Assembly (NCBI GenBank): GCA_965205085.1
Contig: OZ242039.1
Location: forward strand, 4,118,156-4,182,155
Length of the DNA stretch: 64,000 nt
Reading direction: 5' to 3'
Source: Bryobacterales bacterium
GTDB lineage: Bacteria > Acidobacteriota > Terriglobia > Bryobacterales > UBA6623
The first letter of the stretch is position 1; each line of letters starts with the position of its first letter. A model generated the notes under the pieces. The model saw only the letters and a program-made list of their open reading frames with translations. It did no database searches and was not told the origin of the DNA. The position numbers and the translations under genes were made by a program. Shown piece after piece: positions 49,751 to 59,210 of the stretch.

Positions 49751-51079
49751 ATGAACGCCACGATGCTGATTGCCGGTACACTGCTCGTATCGGCCGAGCT
49801 TACCTCCGGACTCCAGGCTCAAGTCGTTCCCGAGATCCTCGATCTTGACCGAGCCATCGAAATCGCGCTCTCGCAACACGGGGATCTGGGTGCCGCCACG
49901 GCGGCGACCGAGGCGCGAGCGGCCTCGACTCGGCAAGCGGGATTCGCTCCGAATCCGGTATTCACATTCCAGACCGAGAACTGGCGGCTTCATGGTGAGC
50001 CAGGCTTCCGTCCGGCCCGGGATCTGGACGTGTTTGCCTGGATGAGCCTGCCCGTCGAGACCGCGGGCAAGCGCAACCGGCGGGTCGAGCTAGCCGTGGC
50101 TGACGAAGGCATAGCGGAGCATCAACGCCAGCTCGTCGCTTGGAGTATCCGGCAGGCGGTCAAGAAAGTGTACTGGCAGGTTCTGGCGGCTGAGGCCGAT
50201 GTGGAGATGCTCGAACTCCGTCAGGAGACCCTGCAGCGGCTGGAAGATTATCACGAGGCGCGCGTGCGCCAGGGTGCCACGGCCGAGGTCAACCTGATCA
50301 GGGTGCGGGTCGACGTCGGAACGGCCGCACTCGCCCTTTCCAGTGCTCAAATGGACGTCAGCCGCGCCCGGATCGACTTGCTGGAGGCGATGGGGCTCCC
50401 GGTACCGAACACAGGTTTCGCCCTGACGCGACCCAAAGCCCGGCCGGTTCGCGGGGATTCGGAGGACGGGCGGGCCGTCCGGCAGGTCGTAGAGGACGCA
50501 CTGGTCCATCGTTTGGAGATTCGGCTCGGGCAGTCGCTTCTCGGCAAGGCTCGGGCGGCCGTAGCGTTGCAGCAGTCCCTGGCTCGGCCAGACGTGACAC
50601 CGTTTCTCGGCTACAAGCGGACCGGTGCATTCGACACGGTCATCGGCGGCCTCTCGATCGCATTGCCGGTCCGTGACAGGAATGCCGGTGGAATCCAGGA
50701 GGCATTGGTCGAGGTCCGCCGCCAGGAGGCCGTCGTCCGGGCTACCGAAGCGCGCGTTCGCGCCGAGGTGGTCCGGGCGGTTGAGGCGGTGCGGTGGCGT
50801 GCGGACATGTTGCTCGCCATGGAGTTCGGTATCCTCGACGACGCCAGAGAGAGTGCACGCATCGCGCGGGCTGCCTATGAGGAAGGGGGCTCTGAACTGC
50901 TCGATGTGCTGGATGCCCAGCGCTCACAGGACGAGATCGCCCTGGCCCACTCGCGATTGGCGTTTGACTACCAGTTGAGTTGGGTCGACCTTGAAACCGC
51001 AGCAGGCACACCGAATCTGTCGCTTCCCCTGAGAGGAGCCCAGACGGTGGTAGCCGGGCTCGAAGGGCGGGTGGAGTGA
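49751..51079 (+). CDS. TolC/CzcC-like outer membrane efflux protein
   Basis: Signal peptide; PNP, LPVxDRNxG, AYEEG..ELLDVLDAQR. Confidence 0.9.
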   Translation: MNATMLIAGTLLVSAELTSGLQAQVVPEILDLDRAIEIALSQHGDLGAATAATEARAASTRQAGFAPNPVFTFQTENWRLHGEPGFRPARDLDVFAWMSLPVETAGKRNRRVELAVADEGIAEHQRQLVAWSIRQAVKKVYWQVLAAEADVEMLELRQETLQRLEDYHEARVRQGATAEVNLIRVRVDVGTAALALSSAQMDVSRARIDLLEAMGLPVPNTGFALTRPKARPVRGDSEDGRAVRQVVEDALVHRLEIRLGQSLLGKARAAVALQQSLARPDVTPFLGYKRTGAFDTVIGGLSIALPVRDRNAGGIQEALVEVRRQEAVVRATEARVRAEVVRAVEAVRWRADMLLAMEFGILDDARESARIARAAYEEGGSELLDVLDAQRSQDEIALAHSRLAFDYQLSWVDLETAAGTPNLSLPLRGAQTVVAGLEGRVE

Positions 51080-52353
51080 CGTTTCTGTGTCCGATGCGCG
51101 TGACCCGGAGGGTTTCGGGTCTGGGAAGCCGGCCGGGGGGTGGCCGGTTCTTGACGGTGGCAGGCCTGGTGGCGGCCTTGGCTGGATGTTTGAGCCCGAG
51201 TTCCAACAGGGAGCAACCCGCAATCGAAAGTGCACCGGACACAAGCTTGATTCGTCTGTACGACGAGCAGATTCGAATCGCCGGCATCACCCTCGGTGAA
51301 GTTGCGGTCAGGCCGATCGAGGAGCAGTTCCAGGTGTCCGGCAGGGTTACGCTCAATCAGGATGCCACCGTCCGGGCGGCGTCGCTTACCGAAGGCATGG
51401 TGGTCTCCTGTTGCGAATCGGTTGGTGCTGAGGTGAAGCGAGGACAGGTGCTGGCCCGCATCTACAGCCACGAGGTCCATGACGCGCGAGCCTCCTACCG
51501 GCAAGCCATCGCCGAGCTGCAGCGACGTGAGACGGAACTGCGGTTTGCAGAGGGCTTCCACCGGCGCGCTGTCCGTCTCCACGAGTTGAAGGCTGGTTCG
51601 CTCCAGGACCTTCAAGAGGCCGAGACGAAGCTCCGCAACGCTGAGACGTCCGTTGAGGTCGCCCGGGTCGACCTGGAGCGGGCCGGAAACCATTTGCGGA
51701 TGTTGGGCGTGACACCGGAGCCGGCGGCAGGCACGGTTGATCGACAGGGCGACGCAGCACGGGCCGCGGGGGAGGAAGCTGACTTGGTCGACGTGCGCTC
51801 GCCGGCTTCAGGTGTCGTCGTGGAACGCACGATCAGCTCGGGTGCGGTGGTGAAGCCGACGGATTCGTTGTATGTTGTCAGCGACTTGAGCACACTCTGG
51901 GTGATGGCCCAGGTTCCCGAGCGACTGCTCCCGTCCCTGCGTACAGGCATCGCGGTGGACGTGTCGGTGCAGGCCTATCCCGGCCAGGCATTTCGTGCTC
52001 GCATCACCCAGATAGCCGACGCGCTCGATCAGGAGACTCGAACCGTGGAGGTGCGCTGCGAGTTGAAGAATCCCGCCCGGCGGATCAAGACGGAAATGTT
52101 CGCGACGGTCACGATCCCGGCCACCACCGAAGGACTCGTCGTACCGGCGGCGGCGCTGCAAACGATCGATGGGGGCGAGATTGTCTTCGTGCCCGAAGGG
52201 GCGGGTGCCTACCGGGTACGACCGATCCGGTCCGGTCGGCACTTCGACTCTGTCATCGAAGTTGAGACCGGGCTGAGCGAGGGCGAAAGGGTGGTGGCCA
52301 CCGGTGCCATGCATCTCAAGTCCGAACTGCGAAAGGCACGAAGGATCGACTGA
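51076..52353 (+). CDS. RND periplasmic adaptor (CzcB-like)
   Basis: VKRGQVLA, VRSPASGVV, DLSTLWV, TRTVEVR, GLSEGERVV. Confidence 0.9.
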   Translation: MTFLCPMRVTRRVSGLGSRPGGGRFLTVAGLVAALAGCLSPSSNREQPAIESAPDTSLIRLYDEQIRIAGITLGEVAVRPIEEQFQVSGRVTLNQDATVRAASLTEGMVVSCCESVGAEVKRGQVLARIYSHEVHDARASYRQAIAELQRRETELRFAEGFHRRAVRLHELKAGSLQDLQEAETKLRNAETSVEVARVDLERAGNHLRMLGVTPEPAAGTVDRQGDAARAAGEEADLVDVRSPASGVVVERTISSGAVVKPTDSLYVVSDLSTLWVMAQVPERLLPSLRTGIAVDVSVQAYPGQAFRARITQIADALDQETRTVEVRCELKNPARRIKTEMFATVTIPATTEGLVVPAAALQTIDGGEIVFVPEGAGAYRVRPIRSGRHFDSVIEVETGLSEGERVVATGAMHLKSELRKARRID

Positions 52354-52399
52354 CGAAATCTGCAGCGAGCGGGGTGTGGAACCCGCTTCATCCAGGAAC

Positions 52400-55300
52400 A
52401 TGCTAGCCCGCTTCATCGACTTCCACCTCGACCATCCGTTGGTTGGCCTTCTTGGCGTTGTGGTTCTCGTCGGGGCCGGCCTCAACGCCCTGTTCCGGAT
52501 TCCGATCGACGCCTTTCCGGACCTGACGAACAACCAGGTCACAGTGATCACGGAAGCTCCCGGCTTCGCGCCGGTGGAAGTGGAACAACTGGTTACGGTC
52601 CCGATCGAGTCGTCCATGATGGGCCTCCCCGACACAGAGGAGGTGCGTTCGGTGTCCAAGCTGGCCCTTTCGATCGTGACCGTGGTGTTCGTCGACGAGG
52701 TGGACCATTACTTTGCCCGACAGCTCGTGAACGAGGCGCTGAACGCGGCTCGCGGCCGCCTTCCCGCCGATCTTGAGCCGGTCCTGGGCCCCGCTGCGAC
52801 GCCTTTCGGGGAGGTCTTCCAGTACACGCTCGAAGGGGACGGCTACTCGGCAATGGATCTGAAGACGCTCCACGACTGGGACATCAAGTACAAGTTGCGG
52901 GCCGTGCCGGGCGTGGCCGAAATCAACACCTGGGGCGGCTACACGCGGCGGTACGAGATCGAGGTAGATCCCGAGCGGTTGCGCGCCCGCGGCCTGAAGC
53001 TCCGTGACGTGATCGAGGGTGTACGGCGAAACAACGACAACTTCGGTGCAGGGTTCGTCGAATATGCCTCTGAGCAGTACACCGTGCGCGGTCTGGGACG
53101 GGTGCGGGATCCGCACGACCTGGAAGCGGTCGTACTGGCGTCCCACGAGGGCACTGCGGTCCACCTTCGAGACGTGGCGGATGTCACGATCGGACATCTT
53201 CCGCGACAGGGGGCCGTGACGCGGGACGGGAAGGGCGAGACCGTCTCCGGCATGGTGATCATGCTCAAGGGGCAGAACAGCAAGACGGTCATTGAGCGGA
53301 TACGGGAATCGATCGATGAGATCCACAGTTCGCTTCCTGAGAGCGTGAGATTCGTTCCTTTCTACGACCAGTCGCAGTTGATCGACGGAACCATACGCAC
53401 GGTTCGCAACAACCTGCTGCTCGGGGGAGCGATGATTGTCGTGATCGCGTTCCTGTTCTTGCGAAACGCCCGCGCGGCCCTGATCGTTGCGGCGGTGATT
53501 CCGTTGTCCATGCTGGTTGCGTTCATGGGAATGCAGTGGACGGGAGTTACCGCTAACTTGATGAGCCTGGGGGCGATCGACTTCGGATTGATCGTGGATG
53601 GTGCCGTGATCATGGTCGAGAACTGCGTGCGGCATCTCTACAGCCGTGTGGACCGCGCCAAACCGGCTACTGCGGCTGCGATGCGGGGCCTGATGCGATC
53701 GGCCACCCACGAGGTTTCCCGGCCGATCCTGATGGGCGTCGGCATCATCATCGCGGTCTACGTCCCGATCCTCAGCCTGCAGGGAATCGAGGGGCGCATG
53801 TTCCGTCCGCTGGCGTTCACCGTGTGCGCGGCTCTCGCGGCTTCGCTGGCGTTAACCCTGATGGTGGTCCCGTCTGCTTCACGGCTACTGCTGAGAGTGC
53901 CTGCGAAACGACATCCAGAGCCCGTCATGGACCGTGTCCGAGCGATCTACGGACGCATTGTGAACCATGCCTTGGACCGCCGGATACTGGTGGCTGGCGG
54001 GGCCTTGCTGATCGTCGTCACAGCGACGGGTTCGCTTGCCTTCATCGGTACCGAGTTCATGCCGCAACTCGATGAGGGGGCGATCCTTGTCCAGACGGTT
54101 CGCCTTCCCAGCATCGCGCTTCCCGATGCGGTGGAGATCGGGCTCGAAGTCGAGAGAAGGTTGCAGAAGTTTCCCGAGGTGACGGATGTGGTCGGCAAGC
54201 TCGGTCGGCCGGACCTCGCTACGGAAGCGATGGGGGTCTACGAGAGCGACGTCTACATCAATCTCAAGCCCCGCAAACAATGGACAACCGCTCACACCAA
54301 GGAAGAGCTGACGCAGGCCATGGCGGCGGAGCTGTCGAAGATTCCCGGGGTCATCTACAACTTCACCCAGCCCATGGCGATGCGTCTGGACGAGACCGTT
54401 TCCGGCATTCGGGCGGATGTCGGGATCAAGATCTTCGGCCCGGACGAGAGAGTGCTCGAACGGGTTGCCGACGAAGTTCTGCACGAACTGGGAAGTGTGC
54501 ATGGTGCCGCGGACGTTCAGCGACAGGTGTTCTTCGGAGCGGCCGAGTGGCACGTGGTGTTGGATCGGGTGGAACTGGCTCGTTTCGGTCTCGACGTTTC
54601 GGGTGTTCGTGATGTGGTGCAGGCGGCGGTGGGGGGTAAGGCCGTATCGGAGGTGATCGACGGGCACAGGCGGTTCCAGGTTGCCGTCCGATTGCCCGAG
54701 TCCTATCGCAGGGACCGGGACGCGCTCGGCCGCATCCTCCTGGCCGCTCCGGCTGGCGAGCAGGTTCCGCTGAGCCGGGTGGCCGCGATCCGTCGCGCCG
54801 ACGGACCGGAGGTCGTCCAGCGCGAGGACGGTCAGCGTCGTCTCGTGGTGCAGTGTAACGTCCGGGGCCGCGACATCGGCAGTTTCGCCGCAGATGCACA
54901 GCGTCGGATTCGAGCGGCCGTGAACCTTCCGTCGGGCTACTACATTGCCTGGGGTGGCCAGTTCGAGAACCAGCAGCGGGCCATGCGCCGGCTGGCACTG
55001 GTCGTGCCGACTGTCTTGATGGTGATCTTCGGGCTGCTTTTCGTCACGTTCCGTTCGTACAAGCAGTCTTTGCTGGTGTTGCTGATCGTTCCCTTTGCCG
55101 CTGTCGGCGGAGTCGCAGCCTTGTGGCTGCGCGGAATGAACCTGAACATATCCGCCTCGATCGGGTTTATCGCAGTCTTTGGCGTGGCCGTGGTGGACGG
55201 ACTGGTCATGGTCTCGACGACGAATTCCCTGCTGGCGTCGGGCCGCCCGATTCGCAAGGCGGTTGTCGAGGGTGCAGTGACACGGCTGCGTCCTGTCCTG

Positions 55301-55495
55301 ATGACTTCGGTACTGGCCAGTGTCGGTTTCGTACCGATGGCGGTCGCGACCTCGCCCGGTGCCGAAGTGCAGCGTCCGCTGGCTACGGTCGTGATCGGGG
55401 GCTTGGTCAGTTCGACGGTCCTGACGCTCCTCGTGCTCCCGGCCCTCTATGGCTGGTTCCTGCCGGGGAGGAAGGGCGACCGTCGGCTACCGTGA
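52400..55495 (+). CDS. CusA/CzcA family heavy-metal efflux RND transporter
   Basis: IDAFPD, NLMSLGAIDFGLIVDGAVIMVEN, EFMPQLDEG, RLRPVLMT, EVQRPLA. Confidence 0.95.
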   Translation: MLARFIDFHLDHPLVGLLGVVVLVGAGLNALFRIPIDAFPDLTNNQVTVITEAPGFAPVEVEQLVTVPIESSMMGLPDTEEVRSVSKLALSIVTVVFVDEVDHYFARQLVNEALNAARGRLPADLEPVLGPAATPFGEVFQYTLEGDGYSAMDLKTLHDWDIKYKLRAVPGVAEINTWGGYTRRYEIEVDPERLRARGLKLRDVIEGVRRNNDNFGAGFVEYASEQYTVRGLGRVRDPHDLEAVVLASHEGTAVHLRDVADVTIGHLPRQGAVTRDGKGETVSGMVIMLKGQNSKTVIERIRESIDEIHSSLPESVRFVPFYDQSQLIDGTIRTVRNNLLLGGAMIVVIAFLFLRNARAALIVAAVIPLSMLVAFMGMQWTGVTANLMSLGAIDFGLIVDGAVIMVENCVRHLYSRVDRAKPATAAAMRGLMRSATHEVSRPILMGVGIIIAVYVPILSLQGIEGRMFRPLAFTVCAALAASLALTLMVVPSASRLLLRVPAKRHPEPVMDRVRAIYGRIVNHALDRRILVAGGALLIVVTATGSLAFIGTEFMPQLDEGAILVQTVRLPSIALPDAVEIGLEVERRLQKFPEVTDVVGKLGRPDLATEAMGVYESDVYINLKPRKQWTTAHTKEELTQAMAAELSKIPGVIYNFTQPMAMRLDETVSGIRADVGIKIFGPDERVLERVADEVLHELGSVHGAADVQRQVFFGAAEWHVVLDRVELARFGLDVSGVRDVVQAAVGGKAVSEVIDGHRRFQVAVRLPESYRRDRDALGRILLAAPAGEQVPLSRVAAIRRADGPEVVQREDGQRRLVVQCNVRGRDIGSFAADAQRRIRAAVNLPSGYYIAWGGQFENQQRAMRRLALVVPTVLMVIFGLLFVTFRSYKQSLLVLLIVPFAAVGGVAALWLRGMNLNISASIGFIAVFGVAVVDGLVMVSTTNSLLASGRPIRKAVVEGAVTRLRPVLMTSVLASVGFVPMAVATSPGAEVQRPLATVVIGGLVSSTVLTLLVLPALYGWFLPGRKGDRRLP

Positions 55496-55526
55496 CAACG
55501 GATGCATGACAAGTCGCCCGGATGGC

Positions 55527-57074
55527 TCAGGACGATCGCGATCCGAGGGTAGTGGCCAGTTCGGCATCATAGGCGGAGACTTCCCGTTCCACGCGGCTCG
55601 TATCCCAGCCGAGCGTCGGTGCACAGGTCTCGGCGGTCGCATGCACCCAAGATCGCTCGTAGTCCGGATCGAATGCCAGACCGGTGCGGCGCAGCAAGAT
55701 GTCGCCAAGAGTGTGCGCCTTTTCGCGCTGAACGGCGAACAGGATTTCCCCGCGGGTCGTATCGCATCCGGGTGCGAGCGGGCGGGTCCGCTCCGGCGAT
55801 GACGCCAGATAGGAGAGCAGTTCCGAAGATCGGGGACCATAGACGGCCGCCAGCCGGGGATGGATTTCCTGTGTGTCGGGAACCTCCGGGGGTGGTTTGG
55901 AGGGAGCCGGCTTCAGGTTGAGCTTGCGGGTGACGGCTTGCAGCGTTTCGTCCGCGAAGGACAGGGCCGTTGTGAGCTTGCCTCCCGCCATTGTCAGCAG
56001 GCCCTCTATTCCTTCGGTGCGCTCGTGGTCGACGATCTGGTGTCCCCTGGATGCCCGGTTCAGGTCGTCCGAATCGGCGCGCAGAAGGGGGCGCGACCCG
56101 GCGTACGCATACATGACGGCATCCCGGCGAATACCGGCTTGCGGAAACAACGCGTTGGACTCGCGGATCAGGTATTCGACCTCCGCCTCCCCGGGCAGTG
56201 TGCAGTCGGGATCACCGTCGAACGGAATCTCGGTAGTGCCGATCAGGTGCACACCACGCCAGGGGACCATGAAGAACGGCCGGCGGTCAGAGCGTGCCTC
56301 ACGATAGACTGCGTGCCGGGGAGCTCCCGGCAGTTTCCGGATGACGATGTGGGAGCCGTTCACCAGGGACAGCAACGGTCGAGACGCCCCCCGCCGGAGC
56401 GGCTCGAGGAGCCGATCAGCCCACACGCCGGTCGCGTTGACCACAAGACGGCATCGCAGTTCGTCGTCGCCGTTCGGGCCTTCAACCCGAACACCCTCCA
56501 CCCGCGAACCCGCCGACAGAAAACCGGTGACGCGGGCATGGTTCCTGACGTCGGCCCCCGCGTCGCAAGCCTGGAGTGCCATCTCCAGCGCCAGCCTTTC
56601 CGGGTAGATGGCCTGGCAGTCGTAGTACTCGAAGCTGCCCGTCAGGCCATCCTGGTCCAGACCGGGCAGCAGCCGAAGTGTTTCGCGGGCGTCGACCCGC
56701 CGATGGGCCGGAAAGCCGCCTCCCGCAGCCAGCAGCCGGTACAGGCACAGTCCGATCCCGAGATACCAGGCCGGCCGCGCATCGGATGCATACGTGGGCA
56801 GGAGGAACGGCTGGGCCACGACCTGGCCGGGGAACCGGCTCAGGAGCGCTTCCCGTGCTCGCAGGGACTCGCGCACCAACGAGAACTGGAAGCTCTCCAG
56901 GTACCTCAGGCCGCCATGAATCAAGCGCGTCGAGCGACTGGTGGTGCCCGCTCCGAAGTCCCGCTTTTCCAGCAGTGCGACCTGCAGTCCCCTCCGGGTT
57001 GCGGCAAGGGCCAGCGCGCAGCCGTTGATGCCCCCGCCGACGATGACCAAGTCATAATGACTACTCGTGGCCAA
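55527..57074 (-). CDS. glpD: FAD-dependent glycerol-3-phosphate dehydrogenase/oxidase
   Basis: VGGGING, GTTSRSTRLIHGGLRYLE, IGTTE, GGKLTT. Confidence 0.9.
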   Translation of the reverse strand: MATSSHYDLVIVGGGINGCALALAATRRGLQVALLEKRDFGAGTTSRSTRLIHGGLRYLESFQFSLVRESLRAREALLSRFPGQVVAQPFLLPTYASDARPAWYLGIGLCLYRLLAAGGGFPAHRRVDARETLRLLPGLDQDGLTGSFEYYDCQAIYPERLALEMALQACDAGADVRNHARVTGFLSAGSRVEGVRVEGPNGDDELRCRLVVNATGVWADRLLEPLRRGASRPLLSLVNGSHIVIRKLPGAPRHAVYREARSDRRPFFMVPWRGVHLIGTTEIPFDGDPDCTLPGEAEVEYLIRESNALFPQAGIRRDAVMYAYAGSRPLLRADSDDLNRASRGHQIVDHERTEGIEGLLTMAGGKLTTALSFADETLQAVTRKLNLKPAPSKPPPEVPDTQEIHPRLAAVYGPRSSELLSYLASSPERTRPLAPGCDTTRGEILFAVQREKAHTLGDILLRRTGLAFDPDYERSWVHATAETCAPTLGWDTSRVEREVSAYDAELATTLGSRSS

Positions 57075-57147
57075 CCCCCAATCTACCAGTCGCTACCGGG
57101 TTGTCGGCCCGCAGGGCGAATCGATCTTCCTCGGAGCCAGGTAGGCT

Positions 57148-58071
57148 GTGGCTGACCTAAGCATGGACGTATGCGGGATCGCGCTGAGGAATCCTGTCAT
57201 TGCTGCCAGCGGGACGTTCGGCTACGGCCTCGAATTCTCGACACACGCCGATCTCGAAGCATTGGGGGCTATCGTCGTCAAGGGGCTGTCCCGCGAGCCG
57301 ATCGCAGGCAATCGGGCACCGCGGGTAACCGAGACGGCGTCGGGCATGCTGAACGCGGTCGGGCTTCAGAACGTCGGCGTCCGCGTCTTCGCCAGCGAGA
57401 AACTGCCTGCCTTGGCGCGCTTCGACGTGCCGATCATCGCGAACGTGTTCGGATTCCGTGTCGAGGACTTCGTGGAAGCCCTGCGGGTGCTCGAGGATGC
57501 CGAGGGCCTAAGCGGGTACGAGTTGAATCTCTCCTGTCCCAACACCCACCGGGGCGGCCTGGAGTTCGGGACCGGCGCAACGGCGCTGCACGAAGCGGTC
57601 GCGGCGGCGCGGCGGGCCGTTCACCGGCGGCCATTGCTGGTCAAGCTCTCACCGAACGTCTCCGACATATCCGCGCTGGCGCGGGCGGCCGTCGAGGCGG
57701 GTGCCGATGCACTGAGCCTGATCAACACGCTTCGGGGCCTTGCCGTGGACGTCCGGGCCCGCAAGCCGGTGCTAGCCAACGGGTACGGTGGCCTTTCGGG
57801 CCCGGCAATCAAGCCGGTCGCCCTGTGCATGGTGCACCAGGTTGCTCAGGCGGTGAACGTGCCGGTTGTGGGCATGGGAGGAATCGCGACGGCCGAGGAT
57901 GTCGCGGAATTCCTGATTTGCGGTGCGACCGCCGTCCAGGTGGGGACTGCGAGCTTTTGGGACCCTTCCAGGGCGTCGGCGCTGGGAGCCGAACTGAACG
58001 AGTTTCTGGATGGCGAGGGCGTGAAGACGGCAGCCGAACTTCGCGGAACCCTGCGGTTGCCGGCCAGGTAG
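57148..58071 (+). CDS. pyrD: Dihydroorotate dehydrogenase (type 1)
   Basis: ASGTFGYG, GMLNAVGLQN, ELNLSCPN, VKLSPNV, INT, GGLSGPAIKP. Confidence 0.95.
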   Translation: MADLSMDVCGIALRNPVIAASGTFGYGLEFSTHADLEALGAIVVKGLSREPIAGNRAPRVTETASGMLNAVGLQNVGVRVFASEKLPALARFDVPIIANVFGFRVEDFVEALRVLEDAEGLSGYELNLSCPNTHRGGLEFGTGATALHEAVAAARRAVHRRPLLVKLSPNVSDISALARAAVEAGADALSLINTLRGLAVDVRARKPVLANGYGGLSGPAIKPVALCMVHQVAQAVNVPVVGMGGIATAEDVAEFLICGATAVQVGTASFWDPSRASALGAELNEFLDGEGVKTAAELRGTLRLPAR

Positions 58072-58122
58072 CCCGCGCTGCGGCCTGTAAGCGGACGTTG
58101 GGATTTGCGGCTGCGGGGTCGA

Positions 58123-59178
58123 CTAAGACTTCGCAAACTCCGGGTCGAACGCGAATCGAAACGCACCGGTCGCCAGGTCCTCGATCTCTTCCCAGGCAAA
58201 CCCCAGCCGGCGCAAGCCGGCCAGTTCCTCGTTCAGAGTCACGCCGAAGAAGGCCGGGTCATCTGTACTGATGCTCAGTGGGACACCGGATTCGAACAGA
58301 CTGCGGACTGGATGATCCTTGATCGAGGCGTACACTCCGGTCCGGATGTTGCTCGTCGGACAAACTTCCAGCGGAATTTTCCGGTCGGCCAGATACCTCA
58401 CGAGGTCCGGGTCCTCGATGGCCCGGACACCGTGCCCGATCCGTTCCACATCGAGGACCCGCAGGGCTTCCCACACGCTTGAGGGGCCTGCCATTTCGCC
58501 GGCGTGAACCGTTGTCCGCAACCCTCCCTCGCGCGCGAGTTCGTAGACCCGGCGGAACGGAGCTGGCGGATACAGGTGCTCCGAGCCGCCCAGGGTGAGG
58601 CCCACCACCGAAGGCGGTCGCGAGTGGAGCAGTTCCTTCATGGTGCGCTCGGCGTTCTCGGGGCCGAAGTTCCTGACCAGGTCGACGATCCACCGGACCG
58701 TGGGTGGACCCGCAAGCTCTTCGCCCAGGACGGCTAGCAGATCCTGCAGGGGCACGCCGACCCGCACGTACTCCGGCAGACTGACCGTGAGTTCGGCATA
58801 GGCCACGCCCTCGGCCCGCAGGTCCCGACGCACGGCGAGGATCAGGTTCCGGAAGTCCTCCGCATCTCGCACGAAGTAAGCCGTGAATGCATAGGCCGCA
58901 AGGAAGTCATCGAAGGACGAATAGCGAAAGAGGGCATCGACCTCGCCTGCGGGATCTTCGGCGTCCCAGACCCTCCGTACACCGGGATGTCTCCTCATCC
59001 ACGCCAGCAGCGGCTCAGGCGCAGACTGCAAGGCGATGGCTGGCGGGCACTTTCGGAGGCGGTCGCGGAGGTATGGCCGCGGCATCGCGCCTCGGAGGTG
59101 CAGGTGAAGTTCCGCCTTCCGGAGGGTGGCCATCCGCGCCGGGACCTCAGTCGCAGGAAGGTCTGCGTGGGCCCTCAT
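58123..59178 (-). CDS. add: Adenosine/adenine deaminase family protein
   Basis: KAELHLHL, HAGE, RIGHG, EVCPTSN, TDDPAFF. Confidence 0.88.
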   Translation of the reverse strand: MRAHADLPATEVPARMATLRKAELHLHLRGAMPRPYLRDRLRKCPPAIALQSAPEPLLAWMRRHPGVRRVWDAEDPAGEVDALFRYSSFDDFLAAYAFTAYFVRDAEDFRNLILAVRRDLRAEGVAYAELTVSLPEYVRVGVPLQDLLAVLGEELAGPPTVRWIVDLVRNFGPENAERTMKELLHSRPPSVVGLTLGGSEHLYPPAPFRRVYELAREGGLRTTVHAGEMAGPSSVWEALRVLDVERIGHGVRAIEDPDLVRYLADRKIPLEVCPTSNIRTGVYASIKDHPVRSLFESGVPLSISTDDPAFFGVTLNEELAGLRRLGFAWEEIEDLATGAFRFAFDPEFAKS

Positions 59179-59210
59179 GGCTCCCCGGGTCGACGTTGGT
59201 GCATCACGGC

